Shown piece by piece: positions 52,721 to 64,000 of a DNA stretch of 64,000 nt. The position numbers were made by a program, and so were the translations under genes. Position 1 is the first letter of the stretch. Each line of letters opens with the position of its first letter. The notes below the pieces were generated by a model that was not told the DNA's origin, did not search any database, and saw nothing but the letters and a program-made list of their open reading frames with translations. The stretch is from Octopus bimaculoides (taxonomy: Eukaryota), in NCBI RefSeq assembly GCF_001194135.2, contig NC_068992.1:52273287-52337286 (forward strand). The letters run 5' to 3'.

Positions 52721-54559
52721 TAATCCATGGGTGTGTAAGACCCTTATTTCTCATTAAAACTTCCTTCTAGGAGAAGGTAAATTCATATAACAAATGCTGA
52801 AGTGAATTTGGTTTCTGGTCCTTTCAACTTTTGTTCATTGAATAAATGTATAAGTGGATGAGCATTAACAGAATTCCCATCAGAATCAACAAGAAACAGT
52901 GTGTGACAAGGTTGTACCACTGAAATTCAGATATAAGCCATCTAATGGGCTTCTGTACATTTTCTGCCTATCTATTTTTACTAACATGGGTTGGTTGACC
53001 CAAAGCAGTAGTAAAAGTTACTTACCAAAGACAACATACAGAGGGATCAAACCTGATATGCTAGGATAACAAAGTGAACATTTTAAACTATTCAACTCAG
53101 GTACGTGTGTATCTGTGTGTGTGTTTATATAATTTAGTGATACTATCTTTTCTGAAGTAATCTAAATTACTCTGTTTTGAAGTAATCAAAATTAAAAACT
53201 TCCAACAAAATTTCATGTTAATTTATCTTCAAAACACAATAATGACATAGTTGTTTTATTAAATTCTTCGTTATTTTCAAAATTTATTGAAACAAAGTCA
53301 GTGTATATCCACAGAAATATAGTAATGAAAGCAACATATATATTATTCAAAAAAGCCCTTTCAGTACATTGTGGTGCATACAATTAACTATAAAACTGAA
53401 TATTCATTGTCCATAGTTTTTTTTTCTTAGAGTACTTATTAGTTTCACGAATAACAGAAACAGGAACGGAATTAATTACAGAGGAATGAATGTGGTAATA
53501 TGAGCAAAAATGGTGATAGCATGAGTAAAAGAATAGCATGGAAGTAGCAGTATATGCCATAAGAGAGTGAATGTAGTTAGGAGGAGATGATGTAACACCA
53601 AAACCTTCTGAAAGGGAAACTTTGCAAAGTAGAATCGGACGAGTTTCTATGAAAAATATGATGTCTTAAATATATGATATTAGAAGTAGAAAAATATGAA
53701 AGATGCCTTGTGAAATAGAGGAACGTTTTAAAAAAAAACTTGATATAATAAAAGACAGTTATGGAAAATGAAACAAAATATATGAAAAATATTAAAAAAT
53801 AATGGAAAGAAAATAAAAAAAAATAGAGAAAAACAAGACAGAAATTGGAAGAAAGCAGATGAGAAAGATCACCATTATAGAACTTTGAATATGATTTCCA
53901 ACGAATTTTTTTTTTTTTTTATTCTGCTTTCATATAATATCTTAGTCTTTTCTTCCAAAGAGGATTGAAATGACTAGTTCTGACATTTTCCTTCTTTTTA
54001 CTACCTCAATATTTATATATTTATTTTCGTTCATCATTTGGGCTGAATCTCATACAAGAACTGAGCTGGAAAGAAGAAACCTAAAATACCAGGTATACGA
54101 ACGTAAAATTTTATACCATGTTATNNNNNNNNNNNNNNNNTATATATATATGCGTGTGTGTGTATATACACATACTTATATATATATTTATATATATGTT
54201 TATATTATAGCATATAACATAACTCTACTTTATATTATTAGTAATATTCAGAATGTTATTAATATAATTTTTTTTTTTTTCTATTTTTCATATTATTTTT
54301 GCTTCGATGTAGAGTAGCAGTTGCAAAAATCTAACAAATATGTTTTATGTAAACAGAGTAATGTTAAGCCTTAAACATGACTGACTCATTCGGTTTTGGT
54401 TCTGAGAGGAAAATATGGCTAATCTTTGACTGAAGCGGCGTCATTAAAAATGAAACCAACAATGATAGGAAATGTAAAATAGAAAAAAAAAAACAAAAAA
54501 AACAAGCAAATAAAATGAAATAAAATTGAAGAACATGACTAAATAAAAATAACAATGAC

Positions 54560-54602
54560 TAATAATAATAATAATAATAATGATAATAATAATATTAATA
54601 AC

Positions 54603-54655
<53 letters not shown>

Positions 54656-54710
54656 CATAATAATAATAATAACAATGATAATAACAACAACGTCAACAAC
54701 AACAGCAACA
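54560..54710. repeat. (AAT)n/(AAC)n microsatellite
   Basis: Read directly. Confidence 0.95.
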
Positions 54711-55858
54711 ACTTGGCTTTTCTGAATTATCAAAACAAACAAAATAAATGCCTGAAAATAGTTAACTCATGCATTACACTATAACTTGTTTTATTTTTGT
54801 TTTATTTCTTTCCCCAAAACTTTCAAATAATGATGCTTTTTTTTTTTTGTTTACTTCTCTGAATTATTTTTTGTTTGTTTTCTAAATAAGAAACATCTTA
54901 TTATCAACAAATGCTATACTAAGAAGGTAATCTTGTTGAAGTCTTTCATTTTGAAAAAAAACATCATTGACCGCAATACCAAACAAAAGTGATGTAACAT
55001 TTGTTTTATATATGTTTTTCATTCATTAGTGTAACCTCTGTTGTTTTATTTTTTTTATTTATGCTTGTATGGATTAGATGAATATCTTATTTGAGGCAAT
55101 GCTTTACAGTTCGATGGATGCCCTTTCTAATGCTAAACCTTGCCGGGTTTTCGAGTAAGGAGGCCAGGTGTTCCACTTGGGTTTTGAATAGATGAAGTAC
55201 CTTGATGACTACTTGACAGGAGAAACTGACAACACTAAGCAACACAGTTTCATCAGGGGATTGTAGATGTAAACAAAAAGACACACAGACTTATGCTTAC
55301 ATGGATAATGATCTCTCAATTTCCATGTACTAAACCCACTTTCAGTTTTGATTCACATGGGGCTATATTAGGTCGATAAATTAAGTACCAGTGAAACACT
55401 GGGGGTCGATGTAATCGATTAGTCTCCTCCCTCAAAATTTCAGTCCTTGAACCTATAGGAGAAAGGATTATTACTGTTTTTATTGTCATTATACATAAAT
55501 AGATAAAAAAAAAAGCTAAAGAACTGTACTAATAATACCACTTGGTCTCAAAAGCTGATGTTTTCTAATTTGTCTATATTGGTGTAATATTTATGCACCG
55601 CTAGTTGTTTTGGTTATTTTATATATTTCACAAAATTTCAGCATAAACTAATAATGTGAAAGAGAAGTCAAGAGCACCTAGAATCATTGCAATGATTTCC
55701 ACTGTTTCTCTTTAAGATATTTCATGCCATTTCAAGACTGAGTCTGGTGGAATATTAAAGCTTATTACATTGTACAGTTCATACCATGAGATTAATAACA
55801 GACGAATAGATATTATGCTACTTTTTGGTTGTAAGTGAAACAGTAAAATATATTAATA

Positions 55859-56087
55859 CAGGTTTGGCCAAAAGTCACTCCGCAGTAAATCAAAATTCTA
55901 TAAATACTATCTGTAATTCTGTATTGAGTCGAATGGAAAAATGTGTCGCTCAAGAAGCATTTCAGTTTGAACAATTTTCATGATGTTTCCTATTTAGATG
56001 CTTTTATTAAATTCATTCAGTTGTTAAACATAAATACATCTTGGAATAAATCTTGATTTACTGTCAGGTGACTTTTGGCCAAACCTG
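55859..56087 (+). mobile_element. 229-bp Tc1/mariner MITE with perfect 20-bp TIRs and TA duplication
   Basis: TA-caggtttggccaaaagtcac...gtgacttttggccaaacctg-TA; internal LSRMEKCVAQEAFQFEQFS* resembles a transposase C-terminus. Confidence 0.9.
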
Positions 56088-56699
56088 TATATGAAGAAAC
56101 AAAACGACACAAATAATTAACAGTGAAGGTTGAGACACTCATAACACAAACGTCTTTCAACTGGAGTGCAGCAAACACATCAGAGATGATTGTGTGTATA
56201 AGTAACCAAATTGCATCTGTCTGAAAACATTTTACTTCTTGTTCATACATTCAGTGACGTGACTTTACTTGCCACAATGAAACTACACTGGTGATGACAT
56301 TGTTTCTGATTACACAAATGGGATTGCTCAAATGGGATTGACTTCTTGAAAGCTACTTCTATGGCAGAAAGAAAAGCAGCAGCATAAGATATCTGAATGT
56401 GCCATATCACCATATCACTGTAGTTAGCCATCTTCGACAGAGTTTTAGTCTTTTTGTTATTTGAGTATTTTAATGCTTTTTTGAATCCTATAGATTTATT
56501 TCCCTTTGTTAGCTTTTGCATGGTGACAGCTGTCAAAGAAGATTTCAAAAGGATTCGTTTCATTAAAATTACCATTTAAAATTTGATTAAATATGGGTGC
56601 AGGCATTGTTCTTTTGTAAGATGTTTGCTTCGAAACCACATAGTTTTGGATTCAGTGTCACCATTTGGAACCTTGGGCAAGTGTCCTCTGTTACTTCCG

Positions 56700-57390
56700 A
56701 CTCAAAGTTTAAACTTCGATGTTCCAAAATAAACTAACCATATGAAAAGCCAGGAGTCACTAGATTTATTGTAACAAATTCCGTTGTTTGTCTTTGAGAA
56801 TTTTAATGCCATTTCAAAGTTGAGCCTAGTAGAATATTGAAGCCTATGAAATTCAAATGACAAATATATTGGTTTCAGCAGTATTCTGGGAAAGAAATAA
56901 TTCCATCCAAGAAATTTTCCTCACAAAATGGGTTTTTTTTTCTCTTTTTTTGGAAATACAGGTAATCATATTTTTTATGTAGCTTGCACCATTTTGAAGT
57001 TTTTGAGGGTTTATATCACACAATAACATAACTGAAACACCAGCATTCAATTTCATGCTGTAATTCTAACAGATTCAAGGTTGGATAATTTTTATGCTTG
57101 GCCTGTGAACTGTGTCTACAGTTTTATTGCATTGTTACTCTTCCTATAACATACCTATTTGCCTTCTGGTGATTTCTCGCTCAGTAATATTTTTCAGTGG
57201 TAAGATTATTTGTTCACAGTTCCATTTGGGATCATGTTGTCTGATGTGAATGCTTGGGAAGACTCTGGCAATCAGCCTATTCCATTTCAATTAAATGTTT
57301 GAACTAAAATTGGATTCTTTTTCGAGAGTCACTTTCAAGAAGTCAGTCACATTTGAGCTACCGGAGAGCATAATCACAAACAGTTTCATA
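56700..57390 (-). mobile_element. Older Helitron PIF1 helicase relic
   Basis: LIARVFPSI..WNCEQIILPLKN, KTVDTV, KLNAGVSVMLLCDINPQKLQNG, LSFEFHRLQYSTRLNFEM, SQRQT..INLVTPGFSYG. Confidence 0.8.
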
Positions 57391-57602
57391 ACCAGTGCAG
57401 TTTTCAATTGGTGGCAAAGCTCAATTATTCAACTTGAATGTAAGAGCCAGAGGTAAGATGATTACTTATAAGCATAAAGGAGCACCCCGTCGGTTACAAC
57501 GATGAGGGTCCCCGCTGATACGATCAACAGAACAACCTGCTCTTGAAATTAATGTGCAAGGCAGACAAAATGCCTCTAAGCATTTCGCTGGGCATGCTAA
57601 CA

Positions 57603-57839
57603 TTTCTTATTTCTTTATTGCCCACAAGGGGCTAAACATAGAGGGGACAAACAAGGACAGACAAAGGGATTAAAGCGATTACATCGACCCCAGTGCGCGA
57701 CTGGTACTTAATTTATCAACCCCGAAAGGATGAAAGGCAAAGTCGATCTCAGCAGAATTTAAACTCAGAATGTAACGGCAGACGAAATGCCGGTAATCAT
57801 TTCACCCGGCGTGCTAACGTTTCTGCCAGCTCGCTGCCT
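57603..57839 (-). mobile_element. Full-length SINE-C within a stack of SINE fragments (57477-57990)
   Basis: Close match to 38191-38424. Confidence 0.9.
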
Positions 57840-58431
57840 TGTCAGGGGAGAATATTGGCCTGTTTACCTAGCTAGCAGTGTGGGGTGGGGCATCATTTGA
57901 AGGCAAAAACAATGCTAAAACATGCGCATTGTGACCATCGATTTACAACAACTTATTGATAGCCAGGTCAGTCACGGGATCATGTGATCATGTGTTGGTC
58001 TGACTGTTGTACATATTTAGTTACAACACAGAACTTTCACTTCTATTTCACTATTCTGCCTCCGATATTGGTTTTGTCTTCCATTTTACCAATCCATATA
58101 TGGTTAGTTTGAAGACATTAAATTCATTGTAACAAGTATATTTTCACACAACTAACACCTTAAAACTTAGAAAATAATTCTTTCAGTTTTTATATATTTT
58201 TGATTTCAACAAGAAGCAGCGAGGCAACAACATTACAATCATTACTACAGTATCCATCACTTTCACCATTACCAACACAATTAGCTTCCTCCTGCTGCTC
58301 CTCCTCTTCCTATTCCTCCTCCTCATCTTCCTCATCCTCCTCATCCTCCTCCACATTGTCATGATCATTATCATCAACATCAATATCATTCACTTCATTT
58401 ACATCATTCTAAAGTCAGCTTGCATTTTTTT

Positions 58432-58484
<53 letters not shown>

Positions 58485-59499
58485 GGCATGAAAAAAAATA
58501 AAGAATTCTGTGAAATTATAGCTTTGTCAATGAGATGTGGATGATTACTTGATTTTGTAGATAAAATGAAGATGGTGGAAGTTAAGAATCAATGTGAAGA
58601 ATCTCAGGCACTTTATGAGAATACTTTCGTTGGAAGGAAGATTGAAATAAACAGTATACAAAACAAATATATACATACATACATGCATATATATATAAAT
58701 TCACAAAACCAATGTAAACAAATTTTGATCCAAATGTAACTTTAAAGAGAAGAACAGAATTATTTCGGAAAGAGTATGTCTCTGTAATACTACAGAAAAG
58801 AAATTGAAAATTCATTACAGACTTGGGAATGACAGGAAATTATTAGGTTAAAAGATCAATTGTTGATTACCGATTTATTTAATTGGTGCTATTCAAGCGC
58901 AATAAGAGGAAATGGTAATAAGAAAAGATAAAGCAATTTGTCTCTTGGAGAAGTAAAGAAATAGTCAAAAGAACAGAACAGTATTTGAAATTAAAGCAGT
59001 GATTAAATGTGGTATTGGTTGCGATTTGGGTTTAATGTTGTGTAAATGTGTGCTTGGGTCAGAGTTTATTATATTTGACAAATAATTCTGATTCAAATAT
59101 CAGTAACAATAGTTTTATTTTTTTAAATTTTCAAAGTAGTCTTCATTGAAATTTATTTAGCATTTAAAAATCAAACTAAATCAATGAAGAACAGAGAGAA
59201 ATAATTGAAGATAAACAGAAATACAACATAAGGAATTATGCAATGGATTCCACTTGCATCTTATTGAATCTAAACATTTGGGGATAAAATATTTTCACAA
59301 AATGTCAGGGTTATGTTAATTGTAGGAAAAATGATAGCAAAGGTTATTTCTATTGCTGTATTGATGGTAAATGATTTTATTTATTACCTTGGTATATTTC
59401 CATGATTGTTCATAAATATTTACAGATAACAATATTTATATTCGTATGTATGTGTGTGTGTCTGTGTGTATGCATTCATATATGTATATAGTAAGCATA

Positions 59500-59537
<38 letters not shown>

Positions 59538-59604
59538 CATATATATATATATGTATGTTTGTATATATAGATCTATTTATTTATCTAAATATATATATAT
59601 ATAT

Positions 59605-59647
<43 letters not shown>

Positions 59648-60181
59648 TAAAGAGAGAAAGTGACAGAGAGAGACTGAGATTTTTAATGCAAATAAGTGCT
59701 TATGCACTGAATAAATATATTCACAGATTACAGGAGCTCAATCTTTTAATATGCCATTAAATTCCAATATATTATTATTTCAATGTGATAGCAATAGTAA
59801 GCAATTCTTAACTTTGTTGCATAAAGTTTAAAATTGACTGAAACAAATGTTTAGAACAATATTTGGGAGAAGAAAAACAAAGTCTCATTGATATCTCAAA
59901 AAATATTCCTGAGGAAATGAGTTCCACTTCACATTCTACAAAACTATTCTAAGAACAACTATTCATTAAGTCATAATTATATAGCTGATAATGCTACGTG
60001 GTGATGAAAACAGGTAAAGAACTGTACAAATGAAATTTTTGGAATATCTTCAAGATTATATTTCTTTTCCATTCTTCTAAATACATACATGACACACAAA
60101 TTCCTAGATCTATATATATATGTATATATATGTATATATATATATATATATACATGGATACATTGACACATATCTGTCTGT

Positions 60182-60221
<40 letters not shown>

Positions 60222-60349
60222 ATGTTTGTCTGTGTGCTTGTCTGTCTATTTACCTATCTATCTATCTACCTTTCTATCTATCTGTCTATCTGTCCATTTA
60301 TCTATACGTGTGTCTATTTATTTATATGTATGTGCATACATATATGCAC

Positions 60350-60381
<32 letters not shown>

Positions 60382-60993
60382 GTATGNNNNNNNNNNNNNN
60401 NNNNNNNNNNNNNNNNNNNNNNNNNNNNNNNNNNNNNNNNNNNNNNNNNNNNNNNNNNNNNNNNNNNNNNNNNNNNNNNNNNNNNNNNNNNNNNNNNNNN
60501 NNNNNNNNNNNNNNNNNNNNNNNNNNNNNNNNNNNNNNNNNNNNNNNNNNNNNNNNNNNNNNNNNNNNNNNNNNNNNNNNNNNNNNNNNNNNNNNNNNNN
60601 NNNNNNNNNNNNNNNNNNNNNNNNNNNNNNNNNNNNNNNNNNNNNNNNNNNNNNNNNNNNNNNNNNNNNNNNNNNNNNNNNNNNNNNNNNNNNNNNNNNN
60701 NNNNNNNNNNNNNNNNNNNNNNNNNNNNNNNNNNNNNNNNNNNNNNNNNNNNNNNNNNNNNNNNNNNNNNNNNNNNNNNNNNNNNNNNNNNNNNNNNNNN
60801 NNNNNNNNNNNNNNNNNNNNNNNNNNNNNNNNNNNNNNNNNNNNNNNNNNNNNNNNNNNNNNNNNNNNNNNNNNNNNNNNNNNNNNNNNNNNNNNNNNNN
60901 NNNNNNNNNNNNNNNNNNNNNNNNNNNNNNNNNNNNNNNNNNNNNNNNNNNNNNNNNNNNNNNNNNNNNNNNNNNNNNNNNNNNNNNNNNNNN

Positions 60994-61032
<39 letters not shown>

Positions 61033-62240
61033 TATGCTTCAATGTAGAATAATGGAAAACCATAGAACTGCACCTTTCAAATGCATTCATGAAATGATAT
61101 CTCATCACAGCTTTTATTATATCTTAAATAAACATCTCACCAAAATTATATCGTTGTGTCTCAGTCGAAGCATTTTCAATCACTGGCTTGCAATATCACC
61201 ATTATTTCCATTTCTGCTTCTGTTCTGTCTTGTGAACTATCAACATCACTCATTCAGACATAAGATTTCATCGTATTGATAATGGTGTAAACATCTCTAG
61301 CTATTTAAACTTGACTGACAAGAGACTAAATGAAATCAAATTTAGTTTAGTTATCCATAAGAATGTGACCAAATTCATCTCCATAAAATGTCAAGTGAAT
61401 TTATTATACTGGCTAACATTTTTATCAAGTGTTAAGAGCAAAAAGGAATTTTCAAGCTCAATTTTAACTTTGAAATCTCTCCTTCTCCTTCTTCCATTAA
61501 CTAGCATCAGCATGATGACAGACATGCCACATATTCAGTTAATTACAGGATTGGTGCAGAACACTCGACTGGAAGAATTATGAGAGAATCAGACAAATAG
61601 TCATACTGTATTTATTCTTGCTTTTCTTTTTTTTTTTGCTTTGAAATCCTGGTGAGGGATTTTAACTTACTCTTTCATCCCTCCAGGATCACCAGAATAA
61701 AGTACTAGTTAACAAAATTAACTACTGGGCTGCAATGGTACTGTCATGCAGTGTAATTAACAGATGTCATGATGATGTAGTTAACAGATAACATATGATG
61801 GTGTAGTTAACAGTGTAGTTAACAGATAACAGATGTCACAGGATGAAAAATATGAGATGCTGGTGGTTCAGTTGAGTTCTGATTGAGTATAATGAAAGTA
61901 CAACACTTGTAAAACAATTAACAGAATTTTATTTCACAGCACAAAATATTAATAGAATAGAAACAAATAACTTATAGAGATCACATTGAAGAGAATTAAA
62001 CTCTCTTTTCCTGCATTATGCTTACAGGCAAAGGCAATACAAGACTTCAACACAGATGTCTTAAGATTTATGATTTTTCTTGGGAAACATTCAGCAGTGT
62101 TTTTCAATTAACCTTCAGCCTTTACCTTTATAGTTTACTCTGATAAATACCTGCTTACATATGCCTATTTGTGAGATAGAGAGCTTATTTTAATACTTAG
62201 AGAAGGAGACTGGTTAATATGTTATCATCCATGTTCATAC

Positions 62241-62382
62241 ATGAATGGGTTTGTGCGCCACATGTATCGGTGCCAGCTGCTTCCTCTGAGCCATGTATGG
62301 CTTAGCCACAGCATCATCTTCTGCTGTTTGACCCACAACAAAGGACTCTTGAAAGGTACAGTCACTCCAGGTCATAATGGAC
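62241..62382 (-). other. Candidate 142-nt exon, unassigned
   Basis: Acceptor cacctctacttctag, donor gtatga, one open frame SIMTWSDCTFQESFVVGQTAEDDAVAKPYMAQRKQLAPIHVAHKPIH, locally higher GC; no recognised homology. Confidence 0.2.
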
Positions 62383-63277
62383 CTAGAAGTAGAGGTGCTT
62401 AAGTGTAAATCCATATTTCCCCAAAACCACTGAAGTCCAAAGATAAGCTGGAGACGCACCATTAGTTGCAGTTTAATACATTTCTGAAATACTTCTGCTG
62501 TTAAGAAATGACATTATGGAAGAATAGGAAAACAGTTTGTGTAAAATGGAAAGAAAAAAATCAAAAGAGTTATCGTAAATATTATCCTCAGTGTTTTAGT
62601 ATTTGCTATTTTTTAATTCTTTGTCTGTGTTTCTATGTTAGAACAATCCATTAGATATTAGTAAAAGAGTTTTTCCTTCTAAATACAGAAATATGCTAAT
62701 CTTTATTCTTTCTAGATGAAATACATCATGTGTAATATGTCAGAAAAAATAATTATAATATTGTTGTTTATAACCAAAATGGTGAAAATATTGGTACCAA
62801 GGACTGCTTAATGACAATTTACATGTTCCTATGAATATTACAGATAGAATCTGTAATGAGTTTGATTTGTCTTACAACTGGACTTGATTTATTAAACCAG
62901 CATTTTTTTCGAGTATTATTAAACCAACGCTCTCTTATGACAAGACACACAACCTTATTTTCTTTTACATGAAGATTAATTTTTGAACACATTGCTCATG
63001 ATATATACTCATCTACTTTCTTCTTGGATTTTGTAAGACAGAATACTACATGGGACTGCAGCAGTCAGTTAGTCATGAAACACATGGTAGAACAAGGATA
63101 TTGTATTAACCTATTTTACATTCGTTTTGAAGAAAGTGAGGAGATCTGTTACAATATGTAGAAAACTCTAATCTTTTGTTCTGTTATTCATTTCTTTTCT
63201 GAAATAGAAACATTACAGCATTAAGCTTTTGACTTGAAACATTTTCTCTTGGATATTAAGAGTCAAAAATATCATGG

Positions 63278-64000
63278 AACCATTGTTGAAACATGTGATG
63301 ATGTCCAGAGTTATCGAAATTGATACTTGCACAAAGAAATAAAAACTTAAAGAGGAAAAGGTCACACAAAAAAAAAAAAAAACCAGCATGGAAGGAAAAA
63401 AATATACTGTCAGTTTGCAAGAGATATGAATGCCAAGACAGATACAAAATACCAGTGGCTATGGATAATGAGTGACCTGAAGATAGAGACAGAAGCATTT
63501 ATATGGGTAGCAGAAGAACAAGCATTAAGGATTAACTATGTGAAGTGCACAATCAACAACACTACCAAGTACAACAAATGTAGAACGTGCGGTGAGAATG
63601 GTGAGATGGTATGGCACATAGTGGGCGAAAGTCTGAAATTGACACAACACAAATACAAAAGACGACATGACAATGTGGCAAGAGTGATCCATTCGGAGCT
63701 CTTCCTACAAAGAGCAAAAAGGTGGTATGAGAAAATCCCTGAAGGAGTCACAAAGAATGAAAATTGCAAAATCCTGTGTGATGCAATAATTCAGTACAAT
63801 TACCTGACCAGACATCAGAAATCAGATATTGTTGTGGTGATTATTAAAAAAGGGAGAACATGCTTGATAATTGACATAACATGTCCTAGGGGCAACAAGA
63901 TCAAAGAAAAAGAAGGAAAACTGAATAATTACAATAATTTGAAGTGGGAAATACAAAGGTTGTGGTAAATGAGGGGAGTAGATGTGATACCAGTACTAAT
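63278..64000 (+). mobile_element. R4/Dong-clade LINE C-terminal region (zinc knuckle plus REL endonuclease), continuing past the window
   Basis: DLKIETEAFIWVAEEQAL, CRTCGENGEMVWHI, RRHDNVA, KSDIVV..CLIIDITCP..KEKE..YNNLKWEIQRLW; stop at 63966-68. Confidence 0.9.

Noticed and set aside
56243-56575. 110-aa minus-strand ORF with a vaguely MULE-like AFLSAIEVAF
   Set aside because: Catalytic residues are not recognisable and the resemblance is too weak.

Overview
AT-rich eukaryotic genomic DNA with many microsatellites and N gaps. The SINE families and composition point to an octopus (inference). No host protein-coding gene, rRNA, true tRNA or CRISPR array can be supported, and most listed ORFs are translations of microsatellites or N runs. 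The window is a transposon graveyard. DNA transposons: three mariner relics (one fold-back), two maT/DD37D-like derivatives, a Tc1/mariner MITE, a pogo/Tigger C-terminus and two Helitron PIF1 relics. Retroelements: a Gypsy RT/RNase H relic, RTE and R4/Dong LINE fragments, a CR1-like scrap and many tRNA-derived SINEs (my working labels SINE-A, SINE-C, SINE-F, OR-type). The main finding, which the ORF track does not show, is a set of minimal type I hammerhead-ribozyme motifs in short repeats that look unrelated to each other. Two are near-intact (29774-29832 minus; 16547-16603 plus), three are decayed (30995-31041, 26671-26707, 4585-4631), and one half-core lies behind a tRNA-like Pol III head (24516-24794). 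Most have the palindromic helix III typical of dimer-cleaving hammerheads of Penelope-like elements and retrozymes, and several abut (TA)n tracts. All family assignments come from manual translation and motif recognition; no searches were run.
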